Below are positions 38,001 through 46,574 of a DNA stretch of 64,000 bases, piece by piece (position 1 is the stretch's first letter; every line of letters begins with the position of its first letter). Made by a program: the position numbers and the translations under genes. The stretch comes from Candidatus Undinarchaeales archaeon (GTDB lineage: Archaea; SpSt-1190; JASMDC01). The notes below the pieces were generated by a model, which was not told where the DNA came from, searched no databases, and saw only the letters and a program-made list of their open reading frames with translations. The DNA is taken from the NCBI GenBank assembly GCA_030753015.1, contig JASMDC010000016.1:10773-74772 (forward strand), read 5' to 3'.

Positions 38001-41000
38001 CTCAGCTCAAGGACGTGTGCACGCTCTCCGGGTCCAAAGTGCTCAACGACAACAAGGGAGACCTCAGTCCGTGCGCCATGGAGAAGATGATCGACGACAT
38101 GATCGACTTCGTCGAGAACTTCCACTACAGGTACGCGGGCAAGAACGGCACCCTGCAACAGATCACGAATATCATGAAGAAGACCCAGGGATGCAACGCC
38201 GACAGTACCTTCGTACCGGATGCCGAGGAGTTCACGTCAGAGGCCAAGCCGAAGTCCAACGATGACATCATCGACTCCTATAAATACAAGGGCGCCTCCA
38301 AGAAGGGGGAGACCAAGCCTTCCGCTCAGAACGACGTGGTCATCGTCTACGAGATGAAGGCCATCCACGCGCTCCGGACGGACCAGGAGAACTATGGCAT
38401 AGGGCTCAAGAAATTCCAGGCCCAAGTCAAGGCCCTCCTGCAGATGTTCCAGGCCGAAAAGGGATTCATGGATGACATCGAGAGCGCACAGAAGTTCGAC
38501 TATAAGGTCTTCATCCCTGCCGATTTCGCGCTCGGTCCTACAAAGACGGGCGACGCCCCCATGTATGATGGGTACGCCTGGAAGGTCTTCGAAGATAACA
38601 AGGACGTCTGCACGACCGTGGGCTCCAAATGCACGGATATGCAGGACATCAAGGATGAGAAGAAGAAGCTTGAGACGAATACCAAGACCGCGATGGCTAT
38701 GTGCAAAGGATGCTTCGTGCTCCCGCAAGTGATCGGCAAATGCAAGAACCAGGGCGATGAATGCAGCCAATGGAGCGTCTGGATGAGCGGGATAACAGGT
38801 AAGGACTGCACAATCAAGGGAACGTCTTCTGCGGAGGACTTCGACTCGCGTGACAATAAAAACGCCGATGCATGGGACGAGCCGATCAAGGGTGCTGCGA
38901 AGAACCTCGCCGACAAGACGGTCATGGATCCCGAGGCTCTCTTCAACAAGATCGATGGGTGTTTCGACTACTCGATCCAATCCGTTGACGCGCTCGAGGA
39001 GTGCAAGAGCAAGAGCGACGGTGATTCATGCCGCGGCGGCATCTGCTGCTTCAAGGAATGCACCGACGCCACGGCCTGCCACCCCTATGACCTGAAGTGC
39101 AAGTGGAGCAAACAGGACCAGCTCCCCGAGTCCCAGGGCCACAAGTGCGGCGGCACAGAGGTCGAAGGCAGGTGCTGCTGGGGCCAGTGCATCCCAGGCG
39201 AGGGCAACTGCGGCCAGGAGTCTCCGTTGTGCAATGGCCGCCCCGACGGGAGTGAGTGCGCTCAGCAGGGCACGCAGGGCATCTCCAAGTGCTGCACCAT
39301 TAGTAACAAGAACTACTGCATCCCGACCGTACAGTGCAGCGTCACCGATACGTGCTATGGCAAGAACGTCGGCGATTCCTGCAACAACGGGCAGGGCATC
39401 TGCTGCGCTGGCATGGGTATTCTAGGTACCAACCACATCCCGTACTGCGAGCAGAACAGTAACGTGATAGGGAGCTCCGGTAAGGAGTGGCAGAAGTTGG
39501 GGCAGAGAGTCAATATCTTCAAGAACTGCGGCTCACAGTACCAGCAGCACGACAGTTGCCGGTACGAGGGCCAGCCGTGCGATCCCTTCGGCGGCTCCGG
39601 CGGTGGCTATCAAGGCGGCTACAGCAGTGGCAATCAACAACAGGGCGGCGGCTGGCGCAACTATAATAACAACGACCAGTACCGCTACTCCAGCTACCCT
39701 GGTAGCGGCGGCACCTGCTGCAAGATGTGGGGCGGTGCCACGGTCGCCAAGGTGGACCTCGTCCAGGTGTTCACCTGCTCGCGCACCGCGTGTCGGAAGG
39801 AGGAACCCCCAGCCGAGGAAACTCCTGAGGAAGAGGAGGAGGAAAAGAAGGACGAGGAAGCTGAAGATCCCGAAGCTCGCGAGATCTGCGAGGAGAAGGA
39901 GAGCGGCGACTTCTGCAAGTACGGCGAGGACGACAACAAGGGTCTGTGCTGCACCAAGGACGGCGAGCTCTACTGCAACACCCAGGTCGACGAGTGCCCC
40001 GAGGACTGGGGCGACATGACCTGCGAGGACAAGGAACTGGGCGATGCCTGCCTGCGGAACACCGAGAACGAGGGTAAGTGCTGCGAGCGCGAGGGATCCG
40101 ATACTCTCTTATGCTGGCCCGGCGCTACCAAGTGCAAGACCGAGATCGACGATCTTGATACAGATCCCGATAATCCCGCCGTGTGCAACGAGGTCTGCAA
40201 GACCTGCGCGGATGCCGAGAACTCGCACTGCCATGCCCAGACCGGCAACTGTGTTTGCGAGCGGGGCAACGAGTGGAGGCTCACGAGTCAGAAGTGCAAC
40301 CAGAACGTCCAGGAACCGTCGAACTCGAAGTACCTCGGCTGCTGCCGTGCAATGTTCGAGGTCGACCTGAGCATCGAGGAGCCTGCCAACACGGACGAAC
40401 CATATATCGACGGCAGTTCCACGCACAGCCTGGATACGAACATCGTCTTCGAGCTCAAGAATCCCACCGAGTCACAGGTGTTCGTGTGCGAGGAGTGGTG
40501 GAAGATCTACAAGAGCTCCGGCGGCTGGAAGAACGTCGACCAGGTCATGCAGGAGGCTCCGACCGGGTGCAAGGGCGTCTCCTCGAAGGAGAGTATCTAC
40601 TGGGACCAAAAGGGTGTCCTGGACGATGACATCGAGGACATGGAGGCCGGCAGCTACAAGGTCGAGGCCTGCTACTGCACCAAGGTCGAAGGGACCTCAT
40701 GCGCATCCGGTCACAAGAAGTGCATAGACCGCAAGTTCCGTATCGTGGACCCGTCGTCCCAATCGGGCGACGACCAGGACTTCAGCATGTGTATCGCTCC
40801 AGCGAGCATCACAACTACCGTGAGCTTCGACAAGTGCCAGACCATCACTTCCGAGACGGGTTACTGCTGCAAGTACGGGTTCAAGGAGGAGCCGATCTCG
40901 CTATCGTGCTCCACCGACTCCTGCGCCACCCGCCCCGATGGCACCGAGTGCCAGGGCGGCAATGGCATCTGCAAGGACGGAGTGTGCGCCGATATACTCG

Positions 41001-43549
41001 ATCCCGACGACGACGAGTGCGCCGACAAGGAGGACGGCGAGTCCTGTGATGACGGCAATGGCGCCTGCAACGAAGGACGATGCACAGAGCTCACCGATCC
41101 CGACGAGTGTGCCGACAGAGAGGACGGTGCTAGCTGCAACGGCGGCAAGGACGTGTGCGTCGACCACCGGTGCGTTGATGTGCTAGATCCCGTGGACGAA
41201 TGCTTCGACCCCACGGTGCCTCTCAAGAAGGAGGACGGTACTCCCTGCAACGGCGGCAATGATATCTGCAAGGAAGGTAAGTGTGTCGACGTCATCCCCA
41301 GCGGGAACTGCACGGGTGCTGCGAACGGCGACACCTGCAAGAACGGCATGGGCATCTGCACCGACGGAAAGTGCGTCGAGAAGATCCCCAACAACGACGA
41401 GTGCGAGTCCCTTGTAGATGGCGAGCCGTGCAATAACAACGGTGGCGTCTGCACCGAGAGCAAGTGTGTCGATATCATCCTGCCCCCGCCGCAGTGCTAC
41501 GACAAGACGAACGGCGAGTCCTGCAACGATGGCGCTGGCGCCTGCAATGAGGGCGAATGTGTCGATATAATCGAGGACAACACCGAGTGTGGTTCAAAGG
41601 AGGACGGTCTCCCGTGCGCAGCGGGCGCAGGTATATGCGAGGCCAATAACTGTGTCGAGGTAGTATCGCCCGATGAGTGCCGCGACAAGAGCGATGCCAC
41701 CTCGTGTGACAATGGAAACGGCATGTGCGAGGAGTATCGGTGCCTCGAGATCATTCCTGGCGATGAGTGCGACGGCATGCCCGAAGGCACCTCGTGCGGT
41801 GTCGGACGGGGCGCGTGCATAGAAGGCCAGTGCTTCAAGGTCACCTCGGGTGCGAACGAGTGCGTCGGCAAGGTCGACGGCGCGGCATGCAAGGATGGCA
41901 TCGGCTCCTGTCTGAACGGCAAATGCGCAAAGGTCACAAGCCCCATCAGGGAGGAGTGCCTGCGCAAGCTCAAGGACAACGAGCGGCTGGCTGCCCGGTG
42001 CGAAGAGGCCGCCCGCGAGGTGGACATCACCTGCGAGACCGACTGCATGGCCGAGTACATCGAGAGCAACCTGCAGAAGGACTGCCTGAAGAGCTGCAAC
42101 GAGAATCCTGTCCTCAACGACAAGGTCGTCGCCTGCGGCATGGACGAGTCCTGTCTGCGGGTCGAAAAGGCGCTGTCACCAGAACTCCATGTCACCCTGC
42201 GCATGATGCGCGGCGATGACTACTCCAACACGTTCTATATCGGAGAGGAGACGCAGATCGATGTCATCATCGACAACGCGGGTGAGTTCACCTTCAGCGG
42301 TGCCGTCGAGGTCAAGCTCAAGACCGTCGAGGACTGCGACTGCCCCGAATGTCCGACCGGCTACACCTGTGACTGTGTGTGCGAGGAGAAGGTGTCACCC
42401 GTAACGACCAGGGAAATCGCACTCCTGCGACCCGGTGAGACCTTCAGGTACAGGACCAATGCGATGGTCCTTGACGAGAGCTACACGGGCAAGTCCGTGC
42501 AGCCCTACGCCGTGGTCACAAAGAGCAACAAGGCCATCTACTCTGCAGAGGGCGAGCTCGTGAACTTCATCGAGATGGGTTCTCTAGAGCTCACCGACGC
42601 CTACTTCGAAGTGAACGGAGAGAGCACCACGTCGGCCTACCCCGGCGTTACCGCTGATGGTAAGTTGAAGATAACCTCCGAATGGTTCCCGCTCAACGTG
42701 AGCGTGTTCCTAGCGGTCGAGCAAATCGAGATCGAGGGATCCCGGGCGACGTATACTATTACGGAACCGGTAAGAGACCTCGTGCTCGCTGCCGAGGCCT
42801 ATGAGGTTACCACTCGACAGATGGACGTTATCATCCGCATCGGGGTCGAGGTCAAGGCCCCCGATGGCACGGTCGTGCTACGAGATATCCTGATGGAGCA
42901 AGGTGCGGGTACCGCATCCTGCTCAGGTAAGGTCATGACCACCAAGTGCGAGACGGACAAGACAACGATAGAGATGTCCTACCCGTCAGCGTACCTGGAG
43001 GTCAAGGCCCTGAAGCTCCGTGTGGTGGACGCCCTCTTCAAGGACATGGAGGGCAAGGCCGTGAACGCCCGGTTCGAGGACACACAGGTCATCGCGACCT
43101 TGGAGGTCCAGAACATCGTTCCGTTCTCGTTCGACGGGAACATCGAACTGCTGGTGATGAAGGACGATGGCAGCGAGGTGGCCGAGGCACACACCACGGT
43201 CATCGCGAACCTGGCCGAGCGTGGCGCCAAGCGGACGATCCAGACCCAGCCGTTCGTGGCCGCCATGGGCAGCACCTACAGGATCTTCCTGCTGGCCAAG
43301 GCTGATGATGGCACTGTATGGAACGAAGAGTCCGTGAGCGAGTACCTCTTCCCCTATGGCTCGCTGAAGGTCCAGGACGCCGGGCAGATGTCGGGCGACA
43401 GGCAGGACATCAAGACGAACCTTATCTTCGCGTCCTGCCAGCTGAACGTCGAGTGCCGTGAGTGCCTGCCGGTGTGCGAGCTCCATGTGGATCCGAACAC
43501 CTGTCGGCTGACGACCGAGCACTGCGGGTGCACCTGCGACGCACGGTAA
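35012..43549 (+). CDS. Giant secreted cysteine-rich protein (2845 aa)
   Basis: Signal peptide, TG linker, several Cys-module types, C-terminal Ig-like beta domains; no C-terminal TM. Confidence 0.88.
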   Translation: MVNERLHRTIFMALICVFLLAAMGTSVNARFQNDYSTTANIRYYCNGAKITSTDSDSDSMRDCFSTYPKGTKDGNDIQEGSHPSVVNKIITRCKSDIIGENVYDQDSRCDNCRYVSHVYYSLVQPTNAGFGGDEVKCTQVKFRKCSMSGYTGSKSCIIENDGKKAGRNCEADGKITACVDKCCPQGTGCSGGKCVPKNTGTGTGTGTGTGTGTGTGTGTGTGTGTGTGTSSEQVFHICKVASGSTISYACQSGCTDKVVPHGFSKQTECTAAMNLAKNTCPYQKEGKTLAIKLGECAVDGENHYEARCLLTRVTDKAVKSLMFPDKKCSKSAKDAATNNQDQTNAAANFDDSAENTRKDANKYTEANNALEACRKKYPGQEAEKCTKEQEAVANAKGKVDTAYKELKGKYDTECKEPIPEDKKATCASMKDELDKTKSELLDAGLNKCCKKENTYSIEGACKDGATEESDTTKCKQEESVCCQETKDGTKSFLTIARKECKDGKDKNEKAYTRTVESSATAQKKGDPELIKVDGATTPAQLNPASIDCSNIGESDYNRKKDPVLNLCDHMKKMRTAFNNIDAFYFGKKGQVSGLLDYLKILKDAFKDQCDECNKAFNTFKGAEYPNCGNADVKERATIMKLQYSIDQIAAAGKDDFGPKLCDTAAENVCLGDEARKCAFDGEKAGVHKKAIEQAKACGVCVVMSCCAGKDVKAGGFDDADCSEKKINPPEGPCGSKKNGNGITLSGTWQCRRDEVQIKKVRSYDLGITALKHDALKDEMCDGGESDYVECNVDGAGGKPKECATAGTSSPTSACKDIPDIVDKGLYPDQDCTDTVWDDPDSDDKGKIADNKKMKWCKALTKKNENRGMLCKYKEKFDCQKELSDCDWEKGGNYEKDSNGYAANVIECYGYPENKEEPGCDDYKPEKRKEIKAESLKKYTYCTYNTGDNQGFFCQYEGQDKKSRCQDWDAKGAVIEVGISENAAVLESALLDCQTQAAQLKDVCTLSGSKVLNDNKGDLSPCAMEKMIDDMIDFVENFHYRYAGKNGTLQQITNIMKKTQGCNADSTFVPDAEEFTSEAKPKSNDDIIDSYKYKGASKKGETKPSAQNDVVIVYEMKAIHALRTDQENYGIGLKKFQAQVKALLQMFQAEKGFMDDIESAQKFDYKVFIPADFALGPTKTGDAPMYDGYAWKVFEDNKDVCTTVGSKCTDMQDIKDEKKKLETNTKTAMAMCKGCFVLPQVIGKCKNQGDECSQWSVWMSGITGKDCTIKGTSSAEDFDSRDNKNADAWDEPIKGAAKNLADKTVMDPEALFNKIDGCFDYSIQSVDALEECKSKSDGDSCRGGICCFKECTDATACHPYDLKCKWSKQDQLPESQGHKCGGTEVEGRCCWGQCIPGEGNCGQESPLCNGRPDGSECAQQGTQGISKCCTISNKNYCIPTVQCSVTDTCYGKNVGDSCNNGQGICCAGMGILGTNHIPYCEQNSNVIGSSGKEWQKLGQRVNIFKNCGSQYQQHDSCRYEGQPCDPFGGSGGGYQGGYSSGNQQQGGGWRNYNNNDQYRYSSYPGSGGTCCKMWGGATVAKVDLVQVFTCSRTACRKEEPPAEETPEEEEEEKKDEEAEDPEAREICEEKESGDFCKYGEDDNKGLCCTKDGELYCNTQVDECPEDWGDMTCEDKELGDACLRNTENEGKCCEREGSDTLLCWPGATKCKTEIDDLDTDPDNPAVCNEVCKTCADAENSHCHAQTGNCVCERGNEWRLTSQKCNQNVQEPSNSKYLGCCRAMFEVDLSIEEPANTDEPYIDGSSTHSLDTNIVFELKNPTESQVFVCEEWWKIYKSSGGWKNVDQVMQEAPTGCKGVSSKESIYWDQKGVLDDDIEDMEAGSYKVEACYCTKVEGTSCASGHKKCIDRKFRIVDPSSQSGDDQDFSMCIAPASITTTVSFDKCQTITSETGYCCKYGFKEEPISLSCSTDSCATRPDGTECQGGNGICKDGVCADILDPDDDECADKEDGESCDDGNGACNEGRCTELTDPDECADREDGASCNGGKDVCVDHRCVDVLDPVDECFDPTVPLKKEDGTPCNGGNDICKEGKCVDVIPSGNCTGAANGDTCKNGMGICTDGKCVEKIPNNDECESLVDGEPCNNNGGVCTESKCVDIILPPPQCYDKTNGESCNDGAGACNEGECVDIIEDNTECGSKEDGLPCAAGAGICEANNCVEVVSPDECRDKSDATSCDNGNGMCEEYRCLEIIPGDECDGMPEGTSCGVGRGACIEGQCFKVTSGANECVGKVDGAACKDGIGSCLNGKCAKVTSPIREECLRKLKDNERLAARCEEAAREVDITCETDCMAEYIESNLQKDCLKSCNENPVLNDKVVACGMDESCLRVEKALSPELHVTLRMMRGDDYSNTFYIGEETQIDVIIDNAGEFTFSGAVEVKLKTVEDCDCPECPTGYTCDCVCEEKVSPVTTREIALLRPGETFRYRTNAMVLDESYTGKSVQPYAVVTKSNKAIYSAEGELVNFIEMGSLELTDAYFEVNGESTTSAYPGVTADGKLKITSEWFPLNVSVFLAVEQIEIEGSRATYTITEPVRDLVLAAEAYEVTTRQMDVIIRIGVEVKAPDGTVVLRDILMEQGAGTASCSGKVMTTKCETDKTTIEMSYPSAYLEVKALKLRVVDALFKDMEGKAVNARFEDTQVIATLEVQNIVPFSFDGNIELLVMKDDGSEVAEAHTTVIANLAERGAKRTIQTQPFVAAMGSTYRIFLLAKADDGTVWNEESVSEYLFPYGSLKVQDAGQMSGDRQDIKTNLIFASCQLNVECRECLPVCELHVDPNTCRLTTEHCGCTCDAR
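35606..35698 (+). repeat. (Thr-Gly)15-Thr coding repeat
   Basis: ACN-GGN hexamer array. Confidence 0.95.
40922..41940 (+). repeat. Eleven tandem ~31-aa 4-Cys modules (C-x4-DG-x2-C-x2-G-x-G-x-C-x2-G-x-C)
   Basis: Examples: CADKEDGESCDDGNGACNEGRC and CVGKVDGAACKDGIGSCLNGKC. Confidence 0.92.
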
Positions 43550-43571
43550 GGAAAGAGGAACGGGATAAGAC

Positions 43572-43596
43572 GGGAGGGGGGCAGAGCCTCCCTCCC
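43572..43596. terminator. GC hairpin between the convergent giant gene and tRNA
   Basis: GGGAGGGGGGC-AGA-GCCTCCCTCCC, with a pyrimidine tract following on the minus strand. Confidence 0.55.
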
Positions 43597-43639
43597 CCCC
43601 ACCCCGGGACCGGTCCAACTATCTCTAGGCGATAATGTA

Positions 43640-43755
43640 TGCCGGGGGCGTGACTCGAACACGCGGCTTCCAGATGGCTCAGTGCCCACAGGGTAATGAC
43701 TTAGGCCCTCCGGGCCTTATGAGTCTGGCACTCTAACCAACTGAGTTACCCCGGC
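43640..43755 (-). tRNA. tRNA-Met(CAT), elongator type, with 42-nt intron at 37/38 (43676-43717)
   Basis: Acceptor stem GCCGGGG/CCCCGGC-A, anticodon stem CCAGA/TCTGG, loop CTCATA|A, T-arm GCGTG-TTCGAGT-CACGC; CTCA/TGAG central helix with TAA and CCA bulges; CCA end not encoded. Confidence 0.93.
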
Positions 43756-43805
43756 GTTTGGGCGGGGTACCATCAAGTCTTAAAAAGCTATCTTTGAGCG
43801 TCGCC

Positions 43806-44486
43806 TTACCGCGTTATCACGTCAACACCATCGTTCGTACCGCAGTACACGATATCCACATGGCCGGTGAACAGCCCGCTCCCGATAACCCCGGGAATGA
43901 TAGCAAGTCTACGCTCCAGTGCTTCAGGATCATCTATCAGGCCGAACCTCGTGTCGAGGATGAGATTACCATTGTCGGTGACAACAGGCCCGTCCTTCGC
44001 CGTACCTTCACGCAGGTCCCACTGGCCCCCCAGCTCATCGATCTCCCGGGCAACTGCCGCCCAAGCAAAAGGGAGCACTTCGATCGGTACGGGCACCTGC
44101 TCACCCAATTGCTTGACGCGCTTTGGACCATCGGCAAGGATGACCAGGCGCTTTGCGGCATAGTCAACGACCTTCTCCCGGACCATGGCCCCACCTCGCC
44201 CCTTGATGAGGTCGAGGTTGGCGTCGAACTCGTCACACCCGTCAACTGCCAGGTCCACGACGTCCACTTCATTGAGCGCTACGAGACGGATACCCAGTTG
44301 AGTGGCAAGATGCGCCGACTGTATCGAGGTGGGCACCCCGCACAACTCCAGATTCTCATCGCGGGCCCTTTCGGCAAGGCGTTCAAGAAAGAACGCGGTC
44401 GTCGAACCCGTCCCAATCCCGAGCACCATCCCGTCCCGTACCTCCTCCAGAGCGGCCGATGCGGCGTTCTCCTTGTTCTGTGTCAT
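43806..44486 (-). CDS. rpiA: Ribose-5-phosphate isomerase A
   Basis: GIGTGST, VDGCDE, IKGRGGA, PIEV, TDNGNLILD. Confidence 0.95.
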   Translation of the reverse strand: MTQNKENAASAALEEVRDGMVLGIGTGSTTAFFLERLAERARDENLELCGVPTSIQSAHLATQLGIRLVALNEVDVVDLAVDGCDEFDANLDLIKGRGGAMVREKVVDYAAKRLVILADGPKRVKQLGEQVPVPIEVLPFAWAAVAREIDELGGQWDLREGTAKDGPVVTDNGNLILDTRFGLIDDPEALERRLAIIPGVIGSGLFTGHVDIVYCGTNDGVDVITR

Positions 44487-44592
44487 CAAGGTCACCTCGT
44501 TAGCACTGCAGAGAGCAATACAGAATAGAGATAAAAGGATGTGGCTCGGCCCCGTGTATAGGGGCAGGCCAGTTCCGACCTGGGACGTCGGC

Positions 44593-44778
44593 TCAGTCGA
44601 AGGTCGCCATCATAGGGTCCTCACTGCACTCCTTGCAGTAGCGATCTCTCCCCTTGATGACCTTGCCGCATCGCTCGCATGTCTTGATGAGCGTTGCTGG
44701 CTTGCCGTGTTCATCGGACCAGTCGAAATCCCCGTCACGCGGGTCCATGATCTGTGCTATGTTCGAAAGCACGACCAT
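44593..44778 (-). CDS. Small CxxC-CxxC zinc-ribbon protein
   Basis: CERCG...YCKEC; purine-rich GGAG and AT-rich element upstream. Confidence 0.5.
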   Translation of the reverse strand: MVVLSNIAQIMDPRDGDFDWSDEHGKPATLIKTCERCGKVIKGRDRYCKECSEDPMMATFD

Positions 44779-44935
44779 GTAGTGTCCTTGCTCCTATTAA
44801 TACGTTTCCGCTTTTTTGACCATATTCTGTCGAATCTGGCGCCTCTATTCTCGCAGGGAAGCTATATCCATGCCAATCCTTGCTCCGCTTTGAATGCATG
44901 AGGTCCTATCTGCAATCTGGGACGAACGGCTCCAC

Positions 44936-45448
44936 TTACCGGAACATCGGTAGCTCTTCGTCCGAGGGAGTGTTGCCTACCTTGCGACCTCGCTCTGCTC
45001 CGCATGCACGTTGGACCGCGGAAATGAGCCACATCAGGATCGAATAGCTGTCCCGCATGGCCTCAAGGAACGATGGCCGGTCTAGGTCATCGAAGAAGAG
45101 CTCACGCTGGAACTGTATCCGTGTGAGTATGCCCTCTGTTCGATGAAAGGAAGAGAACACACCTCTGGAAACGAGGAACATGTACAGGTCCCATACCAGG
45201 TCCTGACGCGTCGAGGCGTTCATTGCATTGAGGACGTCCACCTGACCTTGTGCAAAATGCACCCCGGTGAAAAGGATCAGGACACCCGAGCGGTCCTTCG
45301 GACGGAGCACGTCGATCCTCTTCGGATTGGAGGGCGGGTATCGTAAATGGAGACCCCATGCAACGGCATCGTCCTCGAACCTCTCGACCGTGATCGATTC
45401 GTCGGCACACCAGCCCTCGATGCGCGCTAGCAGCGGATCCTCACCCAT
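44936..45448 (-). CDS. DUF2299-like archaeal protein
   Basis: IEGW..DE, YPP, LFFDDLDRPSFLEAM pattern recalled for this family. Confidence 0.6.
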   Translation of the reverse strand: MGEDPLLARIEGWCADESITVERFEDDAVAWGLHLRYPPSNPKRIDVLRPKDRSGVLILFTGVHFAQGQVDVLNAMNASTRQDLVWDLYMFLVSRGVFSSFHRTEGILTRIQFQRELFFDDLDRPSFLEAMRDSYSILMWLISAVQRACGAERGRKVGNTPSDEELPMFR

Positions 45449-45453
45449 GGGGC

Positions 45454-46170
45454 TCACAGTCGCTTGATCAGCCACTTCAGGGTGTTGAGCGCCAGCTGGG
45501 CGTTCCCCATGTTGATGATGTACTCGTTCGAGAGCCAGGAGAGGTCGCCCACGGCAGCGACGCGTCCATTGCCATAGGTGGCCACGGCGAACACTGGGAC
45601 GTACTGGCCAGTCTCGAAGGCGTCCAGCTCGCTATCGAAGTCGAGGTCTGAAAAGGACTCCTGGCTCCCCCATGCGATTATGTTGTCATAGGGTGCCGTG
45701 AGCGAGCAGGCGGAGACGATACGGAAGGATTTTACACCCTCCGTGATAGCGTGCGGCCTGAGATTGAAAACAGGAACATCGAACACCTTTCCCTTGAGAC
45801 CCTTGCGAATGTAGTAAGTCGGATCACAGATGCGGTCACCGTTGAAGGCGATACTGAAGTTATGCGCGATCGTGTTGAGGGTATCGGCGTTCTCGTGGAC
45901 GTTCCCCCATTCTCCGACGAGGAAGATACCCCCTCCCTCATTGACGAATTTCAGCATGGCCTCGATCTCGTCGCCACTGTACGATTCTGTCGGATACGCG
46001 ACGATGATGACGTCCGGCTCCTCGAGAACACTGGAATCGACCGTGCCCACGTATTTCTCGACCTCCCACCCGCGGCATTTGAGGAGCTCGGCTAGCACCG
46101 TGACACCATTGGCAGTGGAGGCCATGATATCCTCCTTCTCGCATCGGTCGATGAACTTGAGAAACGGCAT
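45454..46170 (-). CDS. Class I glutamine-amidotransferase-like / DUF4350 (GIFT-like) domain protein
   Basis: EIEAMLKFVNEGGGIFLVGE, HAITEGV, GNGRVAAVGD, NAQLALNTLKWL. Confidence 0.65.
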   Translation of the reverse strand: MPFLKFIDRCEKEDIMASTANGVTVLAELLKCRGWEVEKYVGTVDSSVLEEPDVIIVAYPTESYSGDEIEAMLKFVNEGGGIFLVGEWGNVHENADTLNTIAHNFSIAFNGDRICDPTYYIRKGLKGKVFDVPVFNLRPHAITEGVKSFRIVSACSLTAPYDNIIAWGSQESFSDLDFDSELDAFETGQYVPVFAVATYGNGRVAAVGDLSWLSNEYIINMGNAQLALNTLKWLIKRL

Positions 46171-46380
46171 TTATGTCCGATTGGATGGTCTGCTTTAAAT
46201 CTATTTGGGAGCAGCGGGCCGACTCTTCTTCAACTACTCGCGCGTGCCCCAGTTCGTTCCGGATCATAGTAATGGGAACAGGACGACGGCCCCTCAGATT
46301 AACGTAAACGCACAAGGGAATGTATAAAAGGAGCCCGCCATGGAGTCGTCACCATCGAATAGCAACAGGTGATGGGGCGG

Positions 46381-46569
46381 ATGTATCTTAACGACCTTGA
46401 AACGATCGATTACGGCCATGCGGATGGCGTGGAATCGACCGCAGAGGTCTACGATATGAAACCCAACCATTACTGTCGCATCGTGCTGGTCGGCGCTGCG
46501 CTCGCCGGTGCGGGCGGACTGGCCTTTGCCGCCATAGCCTATGCTGATGACCACGGTTACATTGAGTGA
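46381..46569 (+). CDS. Small single-TM hypothetical protein
   Basis: AGGTGA ribosome-binding site; hydrophobic IVLVGAALAGAGGLAFAAIAY; abuts the next gene. Confidence 0.5.
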   Translation: MYLNDLETIDYGHADGVESTAEVYDMKPNHYCRIVLVGAALAGAGGLAFAAIAYADDHGYIE

Positions 46570-46574
46570 ACCTT

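Noticed and set aside
26007-43549. Diversity-generating retroelement acting on the surface genes
   Set aside because: No reverse transcriptase and no template/variable repeat pair seen.
46205-46300. Possible structured ncRNA (GGGCCG/CGGCCC and GTTCC/GGAAC pairings)
   Set aside because: Short stems are expected by chance at this GC content, and no known RNA motif was recognised.
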